Shown: one piece after another, positions 28,689 through 36,968 of the stretch
How the letters are laid out: every line of letters begins with the position of its first letter
How positions within the stretch are numbered: the stretch's first letter is position 1
Assembly: GCA_040767085.1 (NCBI GenBank)
Contig: JAXGPF010000009.1
Location: 64,001 to 128,000 of the forward strand
Direction: 5' to 3'
Length of the DNA: 64,000 nucleotides
Source of the DNA: Kiritimatiellia bacterium
Lineage (GTDB): Bacteria > Verrucomicrobiota > Kiritimatiellia > JAAZAB01
The notes under the pieces: model-generated
What the model saw: only the letters and a program-made list of their open reading frames with translations
Database searches by the model: none
What the model was told of the DNA's origin: nothing
Position numbers and translations under genes: made by a program

Positions 28689-30023
28689 TCATATTTTCCG
28701 GCGTTCCCCGGGCATGGTCGGAAACTCGATTGATTGCGCCAATTCGAGCACGGCGTCCAATTGATCAAACACCTTTCTGAAAGCCGCGGCGATTGCTTCC
28801 ATTAATTCCCGGCCATTGGGCGGGAACACGTAATTGATGCAGAACGACCGGTCGAACATATCCACGCAGACCGGGTAATCGAACGGATCGTATTGGATTT
28901 TGCGGGCCGCCGGCGCGGCGTGCGGGCAGTTCCAAGGGCAACCGTGGTTATACACGTTCTTGTGCAAAAACACCTTCTGGGCCGGCACAGGCATGTTGTG
29001 CCACTCGAAAGTCGGAACTCCCTCCTCAAACAACGCTTGCTGTACGGCCCAGCGGAAGCGTTTTGGATGGATGTTTTGAATGCCCAATTGCTCGGGATAC
29101 AACCGGACCTTGTAAAGGTGCCAGGCATGCACATACCCCTTGGGCGCTGTCGGCGGACGAACCCCCTTGATTTCAGACAATTCCCGGCACAAGTATTCGC
29201 AGTTGCGCACGCGCGCCGCCTGCAGTTTGTCGTAACGCTTCAAAAACGACCGGCACAAGGCGTCAGCCATTTCGTTGTTGCGGTAATTAAATCCCATCAT
29301 TTCGGCGTCATACAGCCGGATCATCCCGCGCGGCACGGCCTTCTCGCCGAACATCGCCATTTTGCGGGCGCGGTCCATCAATGCATCGTCGTTGCTGGCG
29401 ACGATCCCGCCTTCGCCCGCCGGCAGGTTTTTACTGCCATTCAGGCTGAAGCCGGCGATATCGCCCAGCACGCCCGCGCTCCTGCCCCGGTAGCGCGCGC
29501 CCGCGGCCTGGGCGGCGTCTTCGATTACCTTCAGTTTGTATTTGCGGGCAATCCGGTTGATGGCGTCCATGTCGGCGCACAAGCCATGGACATGCACCGG
29601 CAGCAGGGCTTTGGTCTTCCGCGTAATTTTGGCCTCGATTTTTTTCGGATCCATATTCATGGTGTCCGGATCAATATCAACGAACACCGGGATACCGTTA
29701 TGCGCCAGAATCGCCTGGCTGGTGGCCCAAAAGCTGTAGGCCGGCGTCAACACCTCGTCGCCCGGCCCGATCCCGCAGGCGGCCACACAGGCGTGCAAGG
29801 CCGCGGTACCGGAATTCACCACCAGCGCATGCCGGGCGCCGATGTAGCGGGCAAAATCTTCCTGCAAGCCCAGCACCTCGCGTTCCATCGGCCCCCACAG
29901 TACCCCGCGTTCCAGCACTTTGACGACTGCCCGGATATCCGACTGGTTGATAGGCGGCCATTGTTTCAGCATGCCCCTGGGGATGGTCCGCGGCCCGCCG
30001 TTAATCGCCAACTTAACGCTCAT
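28689..30023 (-). CDS. DegT/DnrJ/EryC1/StrS PLP-dependent aminotransferase
   Basis: KLAINGG, VNSGTAAL, PVHVHG, IEDAAQA, FSLNGSKNLPAGEGG, GFNYR. Confidence 0.92.
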   Translation of the reverse strand: MSVKLAINGGPRTIPRGMLKQWPPINQSDIRAVVKVLERGVLWGPMEREVLGLQEDFARYIGARHALVVNSGTAALHACVAACGIGPGDEVLTPAYSFWATSQAILAHNGIPVFVDIDPDTMNMDPKKIEAKITRKTKALLPVHVHGLCADMDAINRIARKYKLKVIEDAAQAAGARYRGRSAGVLGDIAGFSLNGSKNLPAGEGGIVASNDDALMDRARKMAMFGEKAVPRGMIRLYDAEMMGFNYRNNEMADALCRSFLKRYDKLQAARVRNCEYLCRELSEIKGVRPPTAPKGYVHAWHLYKVRLYPEQLGIQNIHPKRFRWAVQQALFEEGVPTFEWHNMPVPAQKVFLHKNVYNHGCPWNCPHAAPAARKIQYDPFDYPVCVDMFDRSFCINYVFPPNGRELMEAIAAAFRKVFDQLDAVLELAQSIEFPTMPGERRKI

Positions 30024-30063
30024 GGTGGCTCCTTGTTTTTATTCCTCAATTTTATCCGCCGGC

Positions 30064-31467
30064 TTAGCCGGCCGAATTTACCCGGCTATGCAACTCGGCC
30101 AGCATGGCCGACACCTTGCCGAACATCATGTCGCCGGCTTCCGGCGCCAGGAAGGTGGACGAGAGCAGCATCGTTTCATAGCCGCCCGCGCGATCAAATG
30201 CCCGCCGGGTGGGCAGATAACCATGGCAGCCATTCGCCAGTGTGACGACGCCGGTATGCTTGAACGGCGAAGCCCTGGCCAGCGCCTCGCCCCACTCCGC
30301 GAATAATTCGCAAGGCAGAAACACCAGCGCCCAGTTGTCCTGCGCCAGGGCGGCCATTTCAAAATCCACCATCGGCGCCGCCTGGCATGTAACGGCCATG
30401 TCTTGTATCTCCCGGGCGTAAAAACCGGCCCAGTAAGCGCTCCGCATGAAATCGGCCAACGACAACTGGTCCGGCGGCAGGGAACCGAACATTTCCACCC
30501 CGTAATCGCTCAAGCGCGGCATGGGGCGACGCTCCTGACCGCGGGAGTGTTGGCGGGCCCAGGCCAGGAGTTCCGCGGGTATCGTCCGGCGAGGAAGCCG
30601 AATCTGCGCTCGGGCTGCCCGCAACCTACCCTGTCCGGGTTCCGCGCATTCCATTTGCCGCCAGGCGGCCGCAGCCAGTGACTCTCCCATGAATTGCGCC
30701 CACGCCGCGCCCACTTCCCGGCGCGATGAATCCAGCGGGTTAACCTGGCAGATGTTGCCGGCCGCGCCCTGCAGGAACATGGCCGGCGCGGCGCCGGTCC
30801 TGGCCATCAGGGCCGACTGGGCATATCCGGGATAATCGGCGCTGATGGCGGTATTGCGGCGTTCCATGACGGTGGCATGGCAGCCGAAATTCATAATTGT
30901 GCCCAAGGGCCGGCCGCCCTGGTCGCGGACCATCAACGTCCAGAGCCGGGATGAGTCGGGCCCTTCCGGCCGGACAATGTGCGGATTGGACTTCAAGGGA
31001 TGGGTTTCAACCGTCCCATCCGACATGATAAACCGGCGGTTGAAAGCCAGTCCGGGCGCCGCGCCGGACTGCGCGGTGATCATGGCGGGCTGCGCAATTT
31101 GCAAGGCTGCCGCCGCCGCCGCGCGCACGCGGTCCCGCACCAGACGCGCGTAACCGGCATCGCATTCCGCGCCGAGCACCGGCGCCAAACTCGGCGCGCT
31201 ATGGGTATGGGAAGCTGCCAGGAGGACGCATTCCGGAGGCACTTCCGCGGCGCGGGCGGCAATGCCGCGCAATTCCGCGGTCAAGTCCACCGGGAACTCC
31301 AGGACATCGGCCCCCATGATCAACGCCGCCGATCCGCCATCCTCCAAACGCATGGCGCAGAGGTGCAGCGGCAGCGCCACGCCTTTGGCGCGGCAATCGA
31401 AGGGCTGGCCGGCCAACGGCGCCGGCAAGGCGGGCGTAATGTCGATCCTGGCGCATCCCACCCGCAT
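30064..31467 (-). CDS. Neutral/alkaline ceramidase-like metal-dependent amidohydrolase
   Basis: DITP, ASHTHSAP, FNRR, NFGCHAT, ISADYPG, FLQGAAGNI, LPCELF, GYLPT..GGYE. Confidence 0.75.
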   Translation of the reverse strand: MRVGCARIDITPALPAPLAGQPFDCRAKGVALPLHLCAMRLEDGGSAALIMGADVLEFPVDLTAELRGIAARAAEVPPECVLLAASHTHSAPSLAPVLGAECDAGYARLVRDRVRAAAAAALQIAQPAMITAQSGAAPGLAFNRRFIMSDGTVETHPLKSNPHIVRPEGPDSSRLWTLMVRDQGGRPLGTIMNFGCHATVMERRNTAISADYPGYAQSALMARTGAAPAMFLQGAAGNICQVNPLDSSRREVGAAWAQFMGESLAAAAWRQMECAEPGQGRLRAARAQIRLPRRTIPAELLAWARQHSRGQERRPMPRLSDYGVEMFGSLPPDQLSLADFMRSAYWAGFYAREIQDMAVTCQAAPMVDFEMAALAQDNWALVFLPCELFAEWGEALARASPFKHTGVVTLANGCHGYLPTRRAFDRAGGYETMLLSSTFLAPEAGDMMFGKVSAMLAELHSRVNSAG

Positions 31468-31498
31468 CAGGTCCCTCCTTCGGCGCCCCACGATGAGA

Positions 31499-31559
31499 CA
31501 ATAACGATTACATAAACGTTAACTAACGGTTAATGTAACACGTCGCGCGAGTATGTCAA
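31499..31559 (-). promoter_or_regulatory. Promoter with overlapping LacI-type operator sites for the catabolic operon
   Basis: Minus strand TTGACA(31559-31554)-N16-TACATT(31537-31532); adjacent imperfect palindrome TTACATAAACGTTAACTAACGGTTAATGTAA with AAACGTT/AACGGTT/AACGATT cores. Confidence 0.6.
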
Positions 31560-31675
31560 TATTTTTTTGTCATGCATTTTTGACACATTTATTGCGGGAT
31601 GCTTTGGAAATTATTTCACCATGTTTTGAAAATCTTAATAATTCCTTCAAGTCATCCGTCAAGTCACAACCAGGG

Positions 31676-32665
31676 TCAGGCGGATGCCCGGGGCAGTAAT
31701 TCCGCCGGCAATCGCACGCCTTCGGGCGCGGCGTCGGGATGGCGGATACGCCGCAACAGCAGCGCAAACGCCCGGGGGCCGATCTCCTCGGTGCGTTCCC
31801 GCACGGTGGTCAACGGCGCCGGCAGCAGATCGCTGCCATGCAAATCGCTGAAGCCGGCCAGCGCCATATCCCCCGGCACGTTCAATCCGCGTTGCCGGAG
31901 CGCGCGGTAGGCGCCGATCGCAACGGCATCGTTCACCGCCACGATCAAATCGGGCGAACTTTCGTCCAGCAGGCGATTGGCAGCATGGAAGCCGCTGGCT
32001 TCATCAAAACCGGCCGCGACGCTTCGCCAATTGCCGTCCGGCAAACCGGTCTGGGCAAATGCGGCGCGCAGGCCGGCGCCGTGTTCCCGCGCGCTGGAAA
32101 TATCCGCCGGCCCCGCCAGGTACCCCCAGTTCCGATAGCCCTTGCCGGCCAGATACTGTCCCAGGATAAACGCGCCGCCACGGGTATCCGAGACCACGTA
32201 ACTGGCATGTACGCGCGGTTTGCACCGGTCGATAAAGACGAACGGCACGCCTTTCTCCGCCAACCGCCGGTAAACGGCCGTGCTTCCCGGCGGGCCGGCC
32301 GGGGCGATGATTAATCCGTCCACCTTGAACTCTCGCAGGAGGTCAATTTGCCGGACTTCATCGGCATACGATTCCCGGCTGTTGGCCAGCAACAGGAGGT
32401 ACCCCGCCGCATCCGCCGCGCTTTGAATGCCGCCGATCAAGTCGGGGAAAAACGAACTGACGATATCCGGCACGATCACGCCGATGACGCGCCCGGACGA
32501 TCCGCGCAAACGGGCCGCCCCGCGGTCGCGCACGTAATCATGCTGGCGCATGGTGCGCAGAATCTTGGTGCGCAGGGCCGGGCTGATGCCCGGGAGGTTA
32601 TTCAGCGCCCGGGAAATCGTCATCTGCGAAACGCCCAATAACCGCGCCAGGTCTTTCTGATTCAT
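31676..32665 (-). CDS. LacI-family transcriptional regulator
   Basis: QKDLARLLGVSQMTISRALN HTH; IGVIVPD, VDGLII, NDAVAIG, PLTTV. Confidence 0.95.
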   Translation of the reverse strand: MNQKDLARLLGVSQMTISRALNNLPGISPALRTKILRTMRQHDYVRDRGAARLRGSSGRVIGVIVPDIVSSFFPDLIGGIQSAADAAGYLLLLANSRESYADEVRQIDLLREFKVDGLIIAPAGPPGSTAVYRRLAEKGVPFVFIDRCKPRVHASYVVSDTRGGAFILGQYLAGKGYRNWGYLAGPADISSAREHGAGLRAAFAQTGLPDGNWRSVAAGFDEASGFHAANRLLDESSPDLIVAVNDAVAIGAYRALRQRGLNVPGDMALAGFSDLHGSDLLPAPLTTVRERTEEIGPRAFALLLRRIRHPDAAPEGVRLPAELLPRASA

Positions 32666-32693
32666 GGTGATAGATGCCCGGATACGCCCGTAA

Positions 32694-33965
32694 TCATGCC
32701 GTCGGAAATTCGCGCAGTTCCACCACGCGGCGCTCGAGGCGCGCCTGCTCGGCGGCGAAAACAATCATGTGCGATTCGCAGGTTTCGGCGGGACCGGAAA
32801 GCAACCCGGCGCCGGCGCCGGCCGACACCGCCGCCACGAACGCCCGCATCAGACCGAAATCTCCGCCGCCGTGTCCTCCCAGGATCGAAGTATCCAATTT
32901 TTCAATCGGGATCGTTTCGGTGGTATCGGTCAGGAAATCGCGGCAGGTCAATGCCGCCGAATCGCCCGCCAGTTCGCCGCGCGACCCGAAGATGCGGGTG
33001 CGCCGCCCGCCCTCGGCAAATGCCGTCATGGTCATTGCCGCGGTGGCGCCGTTGGCAAACTGCATATTCACCACCTGGTGGTCCACCACATCGTTGTCGC
33101 ACTTGTAAACGCAACGGCCGTAGGGCCCTTCGCGCAACGCCCGGGTTACGCCGGCCTCGGTCAAGTCGGTGGTCAAAACGTTCAACGGCCAGGAGGTCTG
33201 GCCTTTCCACAGGCGTCCCAGGTAAATCCGGCGGGCAGAATATGGGCACTGGGCTTCCACCGGGCAATCCAGGCAGCGGTCGGCCGCGCCTGCCGGCTGG
33301 CGTTCGGGCCGGAAATGTTGCAGGCCGCCGAAGGAAGAAACCTGGACGCAAGGAGCGCCGATGAGATAACGGATCCAATCCACATCGTGGCAGCATTTGG
33401 CCAGCAGCATGCAGGATGATTCGCCGGTATTGCGCCAGTTGCCGCGGACAAACGAATGCGCCTGGTGCCAGTAGCCCACGGGTTCGATATGCTGCAGGCT
33501 GACGATTTCGCCGATACGCCCGGAATCCAGCACGGCCTTCAGCGCGCGGGTGTATTGGGTGTAACGCATCACATGACAGACCGCGAAGATGATGCCCGCG
33601 TCCGCCGCGGCGCGCGCGATGCGGCGGCATTCATCCGGCGTCGGCGCCATGGGTTTTTCCAGGAGCACATGATAGCCGCGCGCCGCGAAGGCCAGCGCCG
33701 GCTCGGTGTGCATGCGATCCTGGGTGGCGATGATCACGGCATCGGCCAGGCGCGGGCGCGCGGCGGCCGCCCGCCAGTCATCGAACACCCGGTCGGCCGG
33801 GATTGCGTGCGCCGCAGCCAGGGCGTGGCGATATGGCGTCCGCGGTTCGGCCACGCCGACCACCCGCGCCAAATCGGGATGGGTGGCGGCATAGCGCGCG
33901 TAACCTGCGCCGCGGCTGCCGGCGCCGGCCACCAGCAATGTTACAGTTTTTTTTGGTTTTGGCAT
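32694..33965 (-). CDS. Gfo/Idh/MocA-family oxidoreductase
   Basis: VAGAGSRG, LLEKPMA, HSFVRGNW, LAKCCHDVD, GHGGGD. Confidence 0.92.
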   Translation of the reverse strand: MPKPKKTVTLLVAGAGSRGAGYARYAATHPDLARVVGVAEPRTPYRHALAAAHAIPADRVFDDWRAAAARPRLADAVIIATQDRMHTEPALAFAARGYHVLLEKPMAPTPDECRRIARAAADAGIIFAVCHVMRYTQYTRALKAVLDSGRIGEIVSLQHIEPVGYWHQAHSFVRGNWRNTGESSCMLLAKCCHDVDWIRYLIGAPCVQVSSFGGLQHFRPERQPAGAADRCLDCPVEAQCPYSARRIYLGRLWKGQTSWPLNVLTTDLTEAGVTRALREGPYGRCVYKCDNDVVDHQVVNMQFANGATAAMTMTAFAEGGRRTRIFGSRGELAGDSAALTCRDFLTDTTETIPIEKLDTSILGGHGGGDFGLMRAFVAAVSAGAGAGLLSGPAETCESHMIVFAAEQARLERRVVELREFPTA

Positions 33966-34077
33966 CGTCGGCTTTCCTGTTGAAGGATGTTTTTTGCTTT
34001 GGCCCGGATGATGGCGCAGCGCGCACAGGCACCAGGCGGCAAGCAAGATACCACATTTGGACGCGCATGCAATAGTA

Positions 34078-36768
34078 TCATGCATGGTATTGCAGGGCTA
34101 ACACGGTGATATCGTCAAACTGCTCGCGGCCGGTCTGGTGGGCCTTGGCGGCGCGCATCAGCGCATCTGTCAAGACCGCCGGCGCGGCTTCCGCCTGGGC
34201 GTGCAACAACCGGCTGACGCCCTCTTCGCCAAACATGCGGTCGGTGCGGTCCGGGGCTTCGGTCAGCCCATCGGAATACAGCAGCAGGATGGACTCCCGT
34301 GCCAGGACGAATTCATGCTCCCGGTAAGCGGCATCGGATTCCACCCCCAGGGCCATACCATGGCAGCAAGCTTCGGCCAGCGGCCGCCAGGCGCCGGCGT
34401 CCCGGTAAAACGGCGGAGGATGCCCGGCATTGCAACAGACCGCGTGTCCGGTGGGCACATGGCACACCATGTAAAAAACCGTCACGAACATCAAGGCCGG
34501 ATTATCTTCGGCCAGCGCGCGGTTCACCTCGCTCATCACCGGGGCGGCGTCGCGCCGGCCGCGGGCCAGGCTGCGCAGCAGGGTGCGGAATTCCATCAGG
34601 AACAGGCCGGCGGGCACTCCCTTGCCGGACACATCCGCCACCACAACGCCGAGGTAATCATCATCCACCTGGAAAAAGTCGAAATAGTCGCCGCCGATCT
34701 CGCGCGCCGGCTCCATCTGCGCCACGATCTCGATGTTTTCCAGGCCGGCGCAGGGCGGGAACACCGTCGGCAGCATTTCGCGCTGCATATCCCGGGCGAA
34801 CCGCAATTCGGATTGAATGCGCTCTTGTTCTGAGGCGGCGCGCGCCTGCTCAGCGGTAAAAGTCGCCAGCCGGCCGGACATCTGGTTGAAAGCCAGGGCA
34901 AGATCGCCCAACTCATCCCGGGAGCGCAATTCGATCCGATGGTCGAAACCGCCGGCACTGATGATTTCCGTGGCTTTCATCAGCCGCCGCAGCGGACGCG
35001 TGAACAGGAAGGAAAAAACCAGGATGACCGCGCACAAGAGCAAGCCGGTGCCGCCCACCATGCGCCCCGCGCGGGCGGCGGCGGCGCGGTCGGCGCGGTC
35101 CAAGGTTTCCGTCGGACGGTAAAGTTCCAAGAGGTAGATCACCTCGCCGGCGCGGTTCAGGATCGGGCTGATATGGCTGAACCATTCGCCCTGGTCGTCC
35201 TGGAACCGCCCATACTGTGAAACCTTTTCCGAGACGGCGCGCAGGAAAACTTCCCGGTCCGGGGTGACGATAAACGGCTCGAAAATCGGTCCGCGCCATA
35301 TATTGATGCCGAAATAAAACCGGTTATTGACGATTTTGTGAAGAATCCACTTGGGCGTATGCGGCACCCGCTGGGCATCCAGGATGCGCGATACTTCCAG
35401 GTAGATGCGTTCGTAGATCGGGCTGTTGCGGTCCTCCGGCCGGCTGATCGCTTCCAAATCTTCCAGCGACAGGCTGTTCAAAATGGCGCAAGCCAGGTTG
35501 CGCAGACGCAGGACGGCTTCCTGCTCCTTGTCCTCGCGCATCATCTCGCGCACCTGGCTTTCCACCACCAGGTTGCCGGCCAGCACCAGGGGGACGAACA
35601 AGAGCAGGAGTTTGAAGAAAAGCGGGAAACGCAACCGGGCCAGCCGCCGTTGGAGCCGGCAGACGCCCAGCCAGGCGGCCGCCAGCGCCAGGCCGGCCGC
35701 GAGGATAACGCCCAGGCCGCACCAACAGCGTGTGCGGTAGCGCTCGACCACGCGCAAAGGCGGACCGGGAATCACCAGGCAGCGGTTGACCAGGTCAAAA
35801 GCGCAGGCGCCCAGTTCCGGGTGCGGGAAAAGACCGCCCACCAGGATATCCGCAAAGGGATAGCCTTCCGCCAACGGGTTGACGAGCCGCATGCGCCGAC
35901 CCTGGTCGTTGTATTGCAGCCAGGAACGATTGCCCGTGCTGGCAACGGTCAAAGCCGGCGGCGCGCCGGGATTCAGCGCTACGAAATTCAAATCGTCCGG
36001 CGCCAGCAATCCGCCCGGGTCCAGACTCACCTGGCCGAACTCGCGCAGCCGCCGGCCATCCGGCGCATAAGCCACAATGCGGCCAGCCGATCCGCAGGCC
36101 AGGTAAATCCGCCCGGCCTGATCCACCTGGATGGAATTCCAACCGGCCCAGGCGTTGTTGGTTTCGCCCAGAACAATGATGCCGGGGCCCGGTCCGCCGC
36201 GCGCCAGGACGGCAGGCGTCCCTGCCGGCAATTTCCAGATATTATGTTGCCCGACACAGGTATTGACAAAATAATGATCGCCGCGGCTGGAGCAGGCGTA
36301 GCGCATTTCCGGGTAAAGCGCCGGGTCGCTGAATAAAACCAGTAAAATTTCACGGGGCGGCGCACGGGGTCCCGTGTCGTACGCGCGGAACCGGTAGCCG
36401 GCGAATGAACGGGTTGCCCGGTCGTAGACATAGCTCTGAACTACGAGGCAACCGTCCGGGCCGGGGTAAAGCTTGCGGACCATGTAGAAATAATCCGCGT
36501 CGTCCGGCTCAATCCGCTGCGCGGACAGCAATTGCAGGGGCCGGTCTGCGCCGGCATAGCTCAATTCCAGCAGCCGGTTGTCTTTTTTTTCCAGAACATA
36601 CAGGCGGCCGCCGATCATCGTGCAAGCGACAGGATTGACAAATTCCCGCGCGCTGTAATTGGCGCGGCATACCAGCCAGCCGGCCGCCGCGAGGGTGGCC
36701 AGTAAAATCGCCGACAGCACACAGCGCCACAGACAAGATAACAACGAGATGCCACCCCGGTTAAGCAT
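34078..36768 (-). CDS. Membrane SpoIIE/PP2C phosphatase with NHL-like beta-propeller and HAMP domains
   Basis: TM segments; propeller-like VDQAGRIYLA..AYAPDGR; HAMP TRPLRRL..SRDELGDLALAFNQM; IGGDYFD, VADVSGKGVPA, NAGH, YSDGLTEA, DDIT. Confidence 0.88.
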   Translation of the reverse strand: MLNRGGISLLSCLWRCVLSAILLATLAAAGWLVCRANYSAREFVNPVACTMIGGRLYVLEKKDNRLLELSYAGADRPLQLLSAQRIEPDDADYFYMVRKLYPGPDGCLVVQSYVYDRATRSFAGYRFRAYDTGPRAPPREILLVLFSDPALYPEMRYACSSRGDHYFVNTCVGQHNIWKLPAGTPAVLARGGPGPGIIVLGETNNAWAGWNSIQVDQAGRIYLACGSAGRIVAYAPDGRRLREFGQVSLDPGGLLAPDDLNFVALNPGAPPALTVASTGNRSWLQYNDQGRRMRLVNPLAEGYPFADILVGGLFPHPELGACAFDLVNRCLVIPGPPLRVVERYRTRCWCGLGVILAAGLALAAAWLGVCRLQRRLARLRFPLFFKLLLLFVPLVLAGNLVVESQVREMMREDKEQEAVLRLRNLACAILNSLSLEDLEAISRPEDRNSPIYERIYLEVSRILDAQRVPHTPKWILHKIVNNRFYFGINIWRGPIFEPFIVTPDREVFLRAVSEKVSQYGRFQDDQGEWFSHISPILNRAGEVIYLLELYRPTETLDRADRAAAARAGRMVGGTGLLLCAVILVFSFLFTRPLRRLMKATEIISAGGFDHRIELRSRDELGDLALAFNQMSGRLATFTAEQARAASEQERIQSELRFARDMQREMLPTVFPPCAGLENIEIVAQMEPAREIGGDYFDFFQVDDDYLGVVVADVSGKGVPAGLFLMEFRTLLRSLARGRRDAAPVMSEVNRALAEDNPALMFVTVFYMVCHVPTGHAVCCNAGHPPPFYRDAGAWRPLAEACCHGMALGVESDAAYREHEFVLARESILLLYSDGLTEAPDRTDRMFGEEGVSRLLHAQAEAAPAVLTDALMRAAKAHQTGREQFDDITVLALQYHA

Positions 36769-36828
36769 GCTGCCAGTTTAGCGTTTACCGGCCGCCCCCG
36801 GCAAGCGTAAATATAACGTCATCGCAGG

Positions 36829-36857
36829 TTGACAAGCGCGTAAGAATTGGCAATACT
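36829..36857 (+). promoter_or_regulatory. Putative sigma70 promoter
   Basis: TTGACA-N17-AATACT upstream of the 36969 gene. Confidence 0.45.
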
Positions 36858-36968
36858 GACCGGGTATCAATGCGCTTCCCCCCCGCTGGCACACTTGCGT
36901 CCGCAATTCTGTGGGCCGCCGGCAGAATGGCGTTCAAAACGCGAATCTTGAAATTTGCATCGAATCAT

